From a virus: a DNA stretch of 64,000 bases. Made by a program: the position numbers and the translations under genes. The stretch lies in the IMG/VR virus record IMGVR_UViG_3300044971_004534. The stretch is one strand, 5' to 3'. Positions 46,888 to 54,894 of this stretch are shown here, one piece after another. Below the pieces are notes generated by a model. The model was not told the DNA's origin. It saw only the letters and a program-made list of their open reading frames with translations, and made no database searches. Each line of letters opens with the position of its first letter. Position 1 is the first letter of the stretch.

Positions 46888-49800
46888 TGGCACAATATAT
46901 TAATACATCACTTATTGCTGACAATGAATTTTGGGACGCATCTACTTGGAGAAGAATGTGTAGAGAGTTGGCTGGACTTCGTGGATTGGCTCCTGCTGTA
47001 CATTTTAGGAACACTGTTAACGACAGTGATTCTTCTCAAAACGTTGATGACGATAGAATTTTTCATACTCATACACACCAAAAAATTTACGTTTGGGGCG
47101 TTGAGATGTGTTCTGGAGGTTATGACACTTTAAAAATATACTGGAGAGCCCCCAGTAATCCGCCAGATGCTCAGTGGACTTTAGATAGTGGGTGGACTCT
47201 TATAAAGGGAGCTGGAGCTAAGACTAATGGAGGAAGCGGTACTGGTGCTGGTCAAACAAATCCGAACAATACCGCCAATATTCAGCCTGGGCCCAGCCCC
47301 TTTGGAAATATAGGAACTTCTGAAGCTACATTGGGTGGCACTGGTACTGGTTTACATTTCCCTCGCAGCAATCCGCTTCCTGACGGTTCTACTAATAACG
47401 TAGAATACTTTTATAATCAGTGGCTTTTAGAGATGAAACATAGTGGTGCGATTTATACTATGGCTGGTCCATCTCCAATCTATGATCAGGGTCAGGCTTA
47501 TACAACTCTTACTTCAAATTTTTTAAGAACTTTTTTACTAATGAAAGAAGGGTATTGGAAATTTGTATTAGATGAAACGGCGTCTCCTTGGTATAATCAA
47601 TCTTTAGGTTTGCCAACTACAAATTGGGATTCTGGATTAAAAACAGATTGGTTTAACTCAAAGGGTCGTTTATCTCCTGTTGATTATGCAACAAATCCTA
47701 CTCTTTATCAATCTTTGCCTGGTCATGTAGATGCTTCTAAAAATAGTCAAGTAGCTTCTACGGGAGTGAGATATAGGTCAAGGTTTACTAGATCTCTTAA
47801 TGTAAGAGCTTTTTTTCCTGAAAAAGATTTAGTTACTGGTTCTTTAATGACAAAAGTTTTTAAGACAATGACTCCTGGCGTAGCTACTAATGATTACCAG
47901 GTAGATGCTCCATATACAAAAGTTGTAGGTTACGGCGCTGAATGGGGTAGTTCTTTGCAGACTGCATCCAGTGCTCAATGGACAAAGTTTGTTAAAACAC
48001 GAAATTCTTCTGGGCAAGATGGAACTTCAGGATTCCCTCACACTACAGAAATTACATCAAATGAAAGATTTAGTAATGTAGAATGGAGGTATACTCCATT
48101 ATTTAAAAAGAGAGTTATTAATCGAAGACACTTGTTCATTGATGGAGTTACCATAAATGGTGGCGACAAGTTTGTAGACGGATATTACAGCGTTCAGGGG
48201 CTATGGGAGGAAGACCCAATTTACGTCAGGCCAGATGCGCCTGCAGCTCCTGGTACTTCTTTTCCATCTGGAGATGGGCAAGTCAAAGGATGGTTTGTTG
48301 ACTTTAGGGGTAGTGTATTTAGAAATTGCACTTTTAAAAATATTTTTATTGGCGGCAGGGACGAATCTTGTTGGTCTGGAGTATCTTTTGTAAACTGCAA
48401 ATTTATTAATTGTGCAGTAAATACAAATGGAGATTCTATTCTTTTTCATGAATGTTCTTTCATTGGTGGTTATAAAAATACCGCCATGTTTACGCCGACT
48501 ACATTTCATTCAAGTGCATTTATTAGTTGTCAGTTCTTAAATAATGATAGAGTGTTTATATTCTCTTCTGCCAAGGGGCCAGTTAGCGATAATCTTTGGT
48601 GGCGTAACATTTTTGATTATCAAGTTAATCAAAATGGTGGCGGCAGTGAAATATTTTGTACAGAATTTCCAAGCTTTATGAGATTCAGTGCTCAAACTTA
48701 TGCGTTTGATGCAACAGGTACTAGCATAACTTCCCATATAGTGCAGCAGCATGAATTCTCAAGAAATTTATTTATTAATAATCGTTTGCATAGTGGTCTT
48801 GGTGGTATAGTTTCATCATATGAGACTTTTAGTAGAGCTAATCTTTTCTATATGAATACCTTTAATGATACCATTAAGATATACGCGCATACTCCTGCTG
48901 GACTTAGCGAAGACAAGTGCCTGTATGAGTCTTGGGCGCATAACTTCATGCATAAGCTTTCTATTTCTCTAGATGGAAAAACTTATCATCATAGATTTAT
49001 ATGCAACGCTGTTTCTGAGCCTCAGTTTAGTAGTTTCAAGAGTATAGATAGTCACTATAGTCCCTATTCTCTTGGGACAGGAGTATGCGTCAATGCAGGT
49101 GGAGTTGAGGGCGACTCAAGCGCTCCATCTGGCCAATGGTATTGCGTTAATACAACTGCTATGGCTAATAAGGCTATAAGTAACGTCTTTTTAAACTGGG
49201 GCAATTACTTTATGGACAACCACTTGGGTCCATGTTCTATATTTAACGGATTTCATCATGTATATGATCCAAATTTTGATATTAATAAAAGTATAGATAA
49301 TTATTGGAGTCAAAATAATTTGTGGAAATACGTAAATGTTGCTCATAGAAATAAATTTAATTTGCCTTTTCCTGGTAAAAAATATGGTTGGCATGATGGT
49401 CTTATTGGTCGCTTAAATCCTGATGGAACCGAATGGTCTCCTCAGCATCACAACTCAAGTGGAGCAAGAAGTTTTTCTCCTTTGCCTTTAGAATGGAAGC
49501 TAGAGCATTACGACAATGGATGGAAAGTTTGGGATACATCTTACGGTGGACCTTCTGGTGGTTTTTATTGTTCACAAGATTCTTCTCATATTGCATCAAG
49601 AAATGAATGCCGTTCTATTTATGTTAAAAATTTAAGCAGTAATGTTTGGGAGAAGAAGAATAGCGGTGTTTTGTACAGTAATGAGGCTGTTTTGTCTTCT
49701 AGACAAGGTTGGGGTCAACAGATATTCAGAAATGATGTTATAACTGATGGTCTAATATTGGCTTTGAATGCGAGTGTCGTTAGCTCTTTCAACTATGGAA

Positions 49801-50543
49801 GTGGTAGCTCTTTTGATATAGGAAATAATACACAATGGAAAAATATGATGAGCAATGGATTCCATGGTTCTATTCAAAATTCTCCAAGATTTGCTGGTAC
49901 AACTTTGACTGCTCCTCCGGCAAATTGCACAAATACCAATAATGACGGCAGCGGAGGTTCTATTAGGTTTAATTGTACAGATACCGATGATTTTGTAAAC
50001 ATTTCTAATATCAATTCTTCTGGAGCTACAGTCTCAAATACTTTTAGTGCAAAAACTGATGGTTTTATCACTATTCAAACCTGGGTTCGTTTAAGAAGTG
50101 TTGCAAATCAAATGTTTTTTGGTAAAGGAACAAACAGTACTTCTGGCAATTGGGACGGCTATTCTGTAGGTACTGGTTCTTCTGGTGGGCTTTTGATAGT
50201 TACAAATGGTGCTTCAGTTTATAAAGAAAATAGTACTTCTGGATCTGGACTCATACTATCTGCAGATGTTTGGTATTTTATTACTGCTGTCATTAAGATT
50301 GGTGGCACAAGTGGAGACGTTAAGGGCTACGTTAATAATGTAAGATATATTAATGGTTCTCACGGCTCAGAAACATCCTATGATGACACTGTTAATCCGC
50401 TCGTGTTGGCTAAAGGCTTTAAAAATAGTACTTCTAATTTTCCATTTACTGGATGGATGGGAGAGTTTTATTTTTACAATCGTGAATTGACTGCTTCCGA
50501 GGTAGAAATAAATTATCAAGCTACTAGAGGAAGATTCTTATAA
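46887..50543 (+). CDS. Paralog 1 of a triplicated beta-helix fibre family (1,218 aa), with a Gly-rich insert and a C-terminal LamG lectin domain
   Basis: Shares three signatures with the next two genes. The N-terminal one is LAGLRGLAPAVHF...IYVWGVEMCSGGYDTLKIYW. The mid motif is EGYWKFVLDET. The Cys-ladder beta-helix rungs read VDFRGSVFRNCTFKNIFIGG...FVNCKFINC...FHECSFIGG...FISCQFLNN. The C-terminal LamG module lies at 49748-50540. Confidence 0.88.
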   Translation: MAQYINTSLIADNEFWDASTWRRMCRELAGLRGLAPAVHFRNTVNDSDSSQNVDDDRIFHTHTHQKIYVWGVEMCSGGYDTLKIYWRAPSNPPDAQWTLDSGWTLIKGAGAKTNGGSGTGAGQTNPNNTANIQPGPSPFGNIGTSEATLGGTGTGLHFPRSNPLPDGSTNNVEYFYNQWLLEMKHSGAIYTMAGPSPIYDQGQAYTTLTSNFLRTFLLMKEGYWKFVLDETASPWYNQSLGLPTTNWDSGLKTDWFNSKGRLSPVDYATNPTLYQSLPGHVDASKNSQVASTGVRYRSRFTRSLNVRAFFPEKDLVTGSLMTKVFKTMTPGVATNDYQVDAPYTKVVGYGAEWGSSLQTASSAQWTKFVKTRNSSGQDGTSGFPHTTEITSNERFSNVEWRYTPLFKKRVINRRHLFIDGVTINGGDKFVDGYYSVQGLWEEDPIYVRPDAPAAPGTSFPSGDGQVKGWFVDFRGSVFRNCTFKNIFIGGRDESCWSGVSFVNCKFINCAVNTNGDSILFHECSFIGGYKNTAMFTPTTFHSSAFISCQFLNNDRVFIFSSAKGPVSDNLWWRNIFDYQVNQNGGGSEIFCTEFPSFMRFSAQTYAFDATGTSITSHIVQQHEFSRNLFINNRLHSGLGGIVSSYETFSRANLFYMNTFNDTIKIYAHTPAGLSEDKCLYESWAHNFMHKLSISLDGKTYHHRFICNAVSEPQFSSFKSIDSHYSPYSLGTGVCVNAGGVEGDSSAPSGQWYCVNTTAMANKAISNVFLNWGNYFMDNHLGPCSIFNGFHHVYDPNFDINKSIDNYWSQNNLWKYVNVAHRNKFNLPFPGKKYGWHDGLIGRLNPDGTEWSPQHHNSSGARSFSPLPLEWKLEHYDNGWKVWDTSYGGPSGGFYCSQDSSHIASRNECRSIYVKNLSSNVWEKKNSGVLYSNEAVLSSRQGWGQQIFRNDVITDGLILALNASVVSSFNYGSGSSFDIGNNTQWKNMMSNGFHGSIQNSPRFAGTTLTAPPANCTNTNNDGSGGSIRFNCTDTDDFVNISNINSSGATVSNTFSAKTDGFITIQTWVRLRSVANQMFFGKGTNSTSGNWDGYSVGTGSSGGLLIVTNGASVYKENSTSGSGLILSADVWYFITAVIKIGGTSGDVKGYVNNVRYINGSHGSETSYDDTVNPLVLAKGFKNSTSNFPFTGWMGEFYFYNRELTASEVEINYQATRGRFL
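49748..50540 (+). other. C-terminal LamG / concanavalin-A-like lectin domain of paralog 1
   Basis: The sequence reads GLILALNAS...FHGSIQNSPRF...FTIQTWVRLRSVANQMFFGKG...WDGYSVGTGSSGGLLIVTNG...ADVWYFITAVIKIGGTSGDVKGYVNNV...FTGWMGEFYFYNRELTASEVEINYQATRGRF. The terminal h.hY.R.LtasEh..NY motif is characteristic of Laminin_G_3 modules. Confidence 0.75.
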
Positions 50544-50549
50544 AGAAGG
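50544..50549 (+). promoter_or_regulatory. Shine-Dalgarno-like AGAAGG for the 50556 gene
   Basis: The sequence is TAA AGAAGG TTTATT ATG, inside a 12-nt intergenic gap. Confidence 0.5.
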
Positions 50550-50555
50550 TTTATT

Positions 50556-53138
50556 ATGTTTCAAGCTTATGATTCTCAATCTGCATTACGCGAAATGGTC
50601 GGCATAAGAGGCGCTGCACCTTCTATTCGTTTTAAAGAGTCTGTTCCTGGGCTCTCTGTTGAAAAAGAGGTCTTACATGTCCCAGCTAATGAGAGTGTTT
50701 ATGTTTGGGGAGTTGAGCTATTTAGTGGTGGTTTTGATTGTTTAAAAGTAACACATTATCCAGATGGGCAGCCGCCTGTGCTTATAAAAAATGGTGGCAA
50801 TGAAATATCTTTATTGAATAACAGGAAACAAATTAGTTACTTTTCAAACGGTGTAAAAATTGTTGAAACATTACCTTTTGATGATTTTTGGAACGAACCA
50901 TTTTTAGTTAATAAAAACGATGAAAAAATAGTAAAGAGTAATTTTTTTAGGTGTTTTATATTTGAGTCTGAGGGTTATTATAAATTTGAGATTGATGAGA
51001 CTTTTAATCCTAAATATTTAAGTCCTGATTTTTTACCTATCGATTATGCATCTGATCAGATCTATAGCTCTGGCAGTGGCAATAGGCAGGGAAACAGGGC
51101 TGCTACTTGGTCTGTCACAAAGTCAAAAAGCTCGACACCAGAAGATTACGCAAGATCTAACAGTTCATTAAAAAGAGAAATTTATTTAAGAGTTATATCT
51201 AGAGATAAAGACATAGTAAATGGCAGCACTATATCTAGAAATGTTTTCAATCTTTCTCCAGGTTTAGTGAAGTACGAAAATTTGCCTCCATGGACGGGTA
51301 CTAATCGTGATGCAAACGGAAATCCTCTCAGAGTTAATACGTTGGGTCCGTGGTATGTAGCTGGCAATAATGCTTACTACAATGTTGACGCCTATTATAA
51401 TAGCAACACTACCACTTCAGGTGCGCCTACTATAGACTTAAATCACGGCTGGCTGGGAAGGAACGCTGTATTTGCTCCGCAGTACACAATACAGGGCTTG
51501 ATGAATAATCTACTAGAAAATTCTTATAGACCATATTCAGACTATTTTAGGCAAGGCTGCCGGTATTACAATATGAGAAATGGTGTTATTGAAAACGTTA
51601 ATTTTTATGGGTCAGATTTTTCAGTAGTTCATCAATTTTTTATATTACCATATAGCTATTATAACGACTCTTTAAATGTTGCTTCTTCTGATGCAAATGT
51701 ATTTTTAAATACTACTAGATATTTACCATCAGGATCATCTCTGACTTCAGTTAGTATAGCTTCTGGCTCTCCTGCGATATTAACGTCAGCCAATCATGGC
51801 TTGACGGCTGGCACTCCCATTATGTTTAGTGGTGGCTCTTTGCCAGTTGGTATAAGTGCAAATACAATTTATTTTGTCACAAGTTCAAATTTAACGGCTA
51901 CTACTTTTACAATTAGTGCAACTTCTGGTGGTGCTCCAATAAATACTACTGGAGCTACGGCATCATCTTTTTATTACAGAGATTTTGTAAATATAGATTC
52001 AATTGATAATCTTGTAAGCTATTTAAACAATGGAGCAACTTTTCCAATATCGAGTCAAAACGCTTTGTCCACTCCTGATCAATATCAAAATAATGTTTTA
52101 GTAGATATGAGAGGTGCTGTTTTTAAGAATTGTACTTTTGATAAATATCAAATGAATTTAACACATAAATCTATGATGCTAGATGGTGCAGTATTTGAAA
52201 ATTGCACTTTTATTGGTTGTGGATCTGGCTATAACAATAGTGGTGGAATATTATACAAAAATTGTCATTTTGAAGAAATTAGTACGCAGGGTGATTTGAG
52301 TTTAACATGGGAGGCCGGTGGTTCTTGCTGCGTCATGGGATGTACTCAAAAATATACTGAAAGAGGCACTTTATTTTCTTTTCATAAAGGTGGCTTTAAT
52401 GATAGTATTTGGATAAGGCATTCATATCACGGCATAGACAGGTTTCAGATAGCAAATGAGCATTGGGTAATGGAATCTTGTTGTTGTGGAGATTGTGCTA
52501 CTTCAAATCGTTTTGACAATAATATGTTTATAATGAACAGAGGCTCTAAGGGGCCTTGCAGTATAGGTCTCTATAGAGCAAATTGTAAACTAAATTTAAT
52601 CGCATTTAATTCTTTTGAAGTTTATTCTGGAGGATCTAATTACTTTTTAGTCAATGATCCGGGTCGAGTTTTTGACTTAGAATGCAATGTTTTTCTGTAT
52701 AATGATTCAGTTGGGTGCGGTATTAGTATGCAATATTGGTCCCATAATAATAGGTTTATTAATTGTACATTTAGAAAAATTCAAAATTTTGCCAACCCAT
52801 GGGGTGGATATAATTGGGTAAGTCAGGATGAAGTGGATGGAAGAAATTTTTACACTTCTTATGGTTTTCTCAATTTACTTGGTACAGGTTCAGATGCTCC
52901 AACCAGTAATCTTATAATCAATTGTTCAATGATCGACTATCAAGATGATACCTATACTTGGGGCGCAGGTTATAGTTCAGATAATCTTTTTAGAATTAGT
53001 AATATTAATCCAGCCGTAAATGATTCTGAAATACTGTCAGGTAAAAATATTATTTATAATTTAAGAAGAATAATAGAAAACAGTGCAGATAGGACTCATC
53101 CTATAAGCAGTAGTAATCCTAATATAAGTAATTTGTAA
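50556..53138 (+). CDS. Paralog 2 of the triplicated beta-helix fibre family (860 aa), with an inserted small beta-domain
   Basis: AGAAGG (50544-50549) lies 6 nt upstream of the ATG. The N-terminal signature is MVGIRGAAPSIRF...VYVWGVELFSGGFDCLKV, followed by EGYYKFEIDET. The rungs read VDMRGAVFKNCTFDKY...FENCTFIGC...YKNCHFEE. An extra module SANHGLTAGTPIMFSGGSLPVGISANTIYFV...TFTISATSGGAPI lies at ~51750-51960. Confidence 0.88.
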   Translation: MFQAYDSQSALREMVGIRGAAPSIRFKESVPGLSVEKEVLHVPANESVYVWGVELFSGGFDCLKVTHYPDGQPPVLIKNGGNEISLLNNRKQISYFSNGVKIVETLPFDDFWNEPFLVNKNDEKIVKSNFFRCFIFESEGYYKFEIDETFNPKYLSPDFLPIDYASDQIYSSGSGNRQGNRAATWSVTKSKSSTPEDYARSNSSLKREIYLRVISRDKDIVNGSTISRNVFNLSPGLVKYENLPPWTGTNRDANGNPLRVNTLGPWYVAGNNAYYNVDAYYNSNTTTSGAPTIDLNHGWLGRNAVFAPQYTIQGLMNNLLENSYRPYSDYFRQGCRYYNMRNGVIENVNFYGSDFSVVHQFFILPYSYYNDSLNVASSDANVFLNTTRYLPSGSSLTSVSIASGSPAILTSANHGLTAGTPIMFSGGSLPVGISANTIYFVTSSNLTATTFTISATSGGAPINTTGATASSFYYRDFVNIDSIDNLVSYLNNGATFPISSQNALSTPDQYQNNVLVDMRGAVFKNCTFDKYQMNLTHKSMMLDGAVFENCTFIGCGSGYNNSGGILYKNCHFEEISTQGDLSLTWEAGGSCCVMGCTQKYTERGTLFSFHKGGFNDSIWIRHSYHGIDRFQIANEHWVMESCCCGDCATSNRFDNNMFIMNRGSKGPCSIGLYRANCKLNLIAFNSFEVYSGGSNYFLVNDPGRVFDLECNVFLYNDSVGCGISMQYWSHNNRFINCTFRKIQNFANPWGGYNWVSQDEVDGRNFYTSYGFLNLLGTGSDAPTSNLIINCSMIDYQDDTYTWGAGYSSDNLFRISNINPAVNDSEILSGKNIIYNLRRIIENSADRTHPISSSNPNISNL
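51750..51960 (+). other. Inserted small beta-domain (HGL-x-x-G ... LP-x-G-h ... YFV ... TF-x-h-S-x-T-x-GG-x-x-I) present only in paralog 2
   Basis: The sequence is SVSIASGSPAILTSANHGLTAGTPIMFSGGSLPVGISANTIYFVTSSNLTATTFTISATSGGAPINTTG. I have seen this pattern recurrently in phage tail and structural proteins but cannot name the family. Local G+C is higher than background (spot counts 42%, 50%, 32% and 42% for the four lines 51721-51960). Confidence 0.5.
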
Positions 53139-53139
53139 T

Positions 53140-54837
53140 ATGGGATACACAGATCTTAGTTTTTATCTTGGCTTACGTAGATTGGCTGGTATTAGATCAG
53201 CTGCTCCTGCGGTAATTGTTATTGATCAAAATTTAGGACAAGAAGTTTATGTGGTAAGGAAGAATGAAATTATCACATTATGGGGTTGTGAAATGATGCC
53301 TCTGCAATCAGATTGCATTCGTATAAGTTACAAATCCACTGCATCTTCTTCTTGGACTGTTTTAAAAGACTATTTAGCTCAGACATCATTGGGAATATTT
53401 GGAAGTAATGTTTCAACAGATCCTAATTTATTTTTATCTGGTTCTCCATCTCTGGCGGATAATTATGAGTTGAATGATCCTGTCTATAAGGACGGTTTTA
53501 AAATTAGTGGAGTGACTTATTGTAGAGAACATGATAGTCCTTTTAAAACAGTTGGGTATTCTGGATCATGGATATATAGGCAAGAACAGCAGATTCATGC
53601 CAAAGTTTCATACAACAATTTTGGACGAGGTTTTAGATTTTTTCAAGACGGATATTATAAGTTTGATTATGATGAATCAAAATCAGCATTGTACAAAAAA
53701 ACAACAGGTTCAGCTAATCCAGTAGATCCTGATGCTGCTGATTATAATACATTCAAATACAATGGTTCTGTGCCGTGGACCCCAGTAGATAGAAGCCTGT
53801 ATGAGCATGGCGATGTTTTATTAAGATCCATTATAATTAGATGTGCAACTAATTTTGATGCAGTTGCAAATGCAAGTTATAGCGATAGCGACTTGTCTTC
53901 TTTAAATCCAACAGTAAGTTCTTTGCCTATCAACACTAGTCAAAACATATGCAGAAAAATAGGGTTGCAAGTAAAGTCAAAATCTTATGATGTTTCTGGA
54001 GGTTCAAAGCCAACGTGTTCTGCTAATGGTTTTTTGATAGACATTTCATCTGCTGGAGTTGCATCGACTACTATTAATCAATTTGATACAAATATTTCGT
54101 TTACTAGTGGTACTATAGTTAAAAATATTAGAAATAGGACTTTTGACACTGTCAATTTTGTGGGTCCTGGCGATTTTGTTCAGCATATATCTCCAATTCC
54201 TGGTTCAGACTATTGTGCTCAGCCAGTTGATATGCGTAATTCTAGATTTTATAATTGCACATTTAAAAATGTTATTTTTGGATCTCCTGGAAAATCTCAA
54301 TTGATATTAGATGGTTCGATATTTTTTCAATGTAACTTTGAAAGTTGTAAGCTTTATTTAAATCCTAAAAACATATTATTTAAGAACTGTACTGTTAATA
54401 ATAGTTCAGTGTCTGAAGGATTTTTAATTATGAATGGATCTTTTGGTAATATGTTTACAGATCTTATTGTAAAAGACACTAACAGGCCATTTGTTTTTGT
54501 TAATAATGAAAATAGCAATAATAGTAATTTTATTATAATGAGTAATTTTAGTCAAGGTGGAGATGTGGAGCTAGGTAGCTGTCCATTTGTAAATGTAGTT
54601 CCTGGTTCTAATTCTGCTCATTCTTCTTCATTTTCTGGCAATATTATTATGCGTAATTATATTGATGATGGATCTGGAGATCCTGTCAGAATAGAAAAAA
54701 CTTCAGCTCATGGTAATTTTTTTGGTGGAAATTACATGATTTCCCATGGAAATCTATCTTTAGCAGAAGACTTGAAACAGAAGCAAAAAAATAAGGATTT
54801 TATTAGATATCCCAGTATTAAGCCCTATACTTCGTAA
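53140..54837 (+). CDS. Paralog 3 of the triplicated beta-helix fibre family (565 aa), minimal version
   Basis: The ATG lies 1 nt after the upstream stop. The N-terminal signature is LAGIRSAAPAVIV...ITLWGCEMMPLQSDCIRISY, followed by DGYYKFDYDES. The rungs read VDMRNSRFYNCTFKNVIFGS...FFQCNFESC...FKNCTVNN. Confidence 0.88.
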   Translation: MGYTDLSFYLGLRRLAGIRSAAPAVIVIDQNLGQEVYVVRKNEIITLWGCEMMPLQSDCIRISYKSTASSSWTVLKDYLAQTSLGIFGSNVSTDPNLFLSGSPSLADNYELNDPVYKDGFKISGVTYCREHDSPFKTVGYSGSWIYRQEQQIHAKVSYNNFGRGFRFFQDGYYKFDYDESKSALYKKTTGSANPVDPDAADYNTFKYNGSVPWTPVDRSLYEHGDVLLRSIIIRCATNFDAVANASYSDSDLSSLNPTVSSLPINTSQNICRKIGLQVKSKSYDVSGGSKPTCSANGFLIDISSAGVASTTINQFDTNISFTSGTIVKNIRNRTFDTVNFVGPGDFVQHISPIPGSDYCAQPVDMRNSRFYNCTFKNVIFGSPGKSQLILDGSIFFQCNFESCKLYLNPKNILFKNCTVNNSSVSEGFLIMNGSFGNMFTDLIVKDTNRPFVFVNNENSNNSNFIIMSNFSQGGDVELGSCPFVNVVPGSNSAHSSSFSGNIIMRNYIDDGSGDPVRIEKTSAHGNFFGGNYMISHGNLSLAEDLKQKQKNKDFIRYPSIKPYTS

Positions 54838-54894
54838 AATATAATTTTTATTTATACGAAATAATAAGTATAGTCAATATTATTGGTAATTTAA
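54838..54894 (+). promoter_or_regulatory. The only substantial intergenic spacer; candidate internal promoter and translation-initiation region for the last giant gene
   Basis: This is a 57-nt AT-rich gap (aatataatttttatttatacgaaataataagtatagtcaatattattggtaatttaa). TATAAT lies at 54840-54845. I see no convincing -35 element and no exact T4-late TATAAATA. There is no stem-loop terminator. Confidence 0.3.

Noticed and set aside
54838-54894. T4-type late promoter (TATAAATA) or a rho-independent terminator in the only spacer.
   Set aside because: No exact TATAAATA is present, only TATAAT followed by TTTTTA. No GC-rich inverted repeat followed by a T-tract is present. The region is kept only as a low-confidence generic regulatory region.
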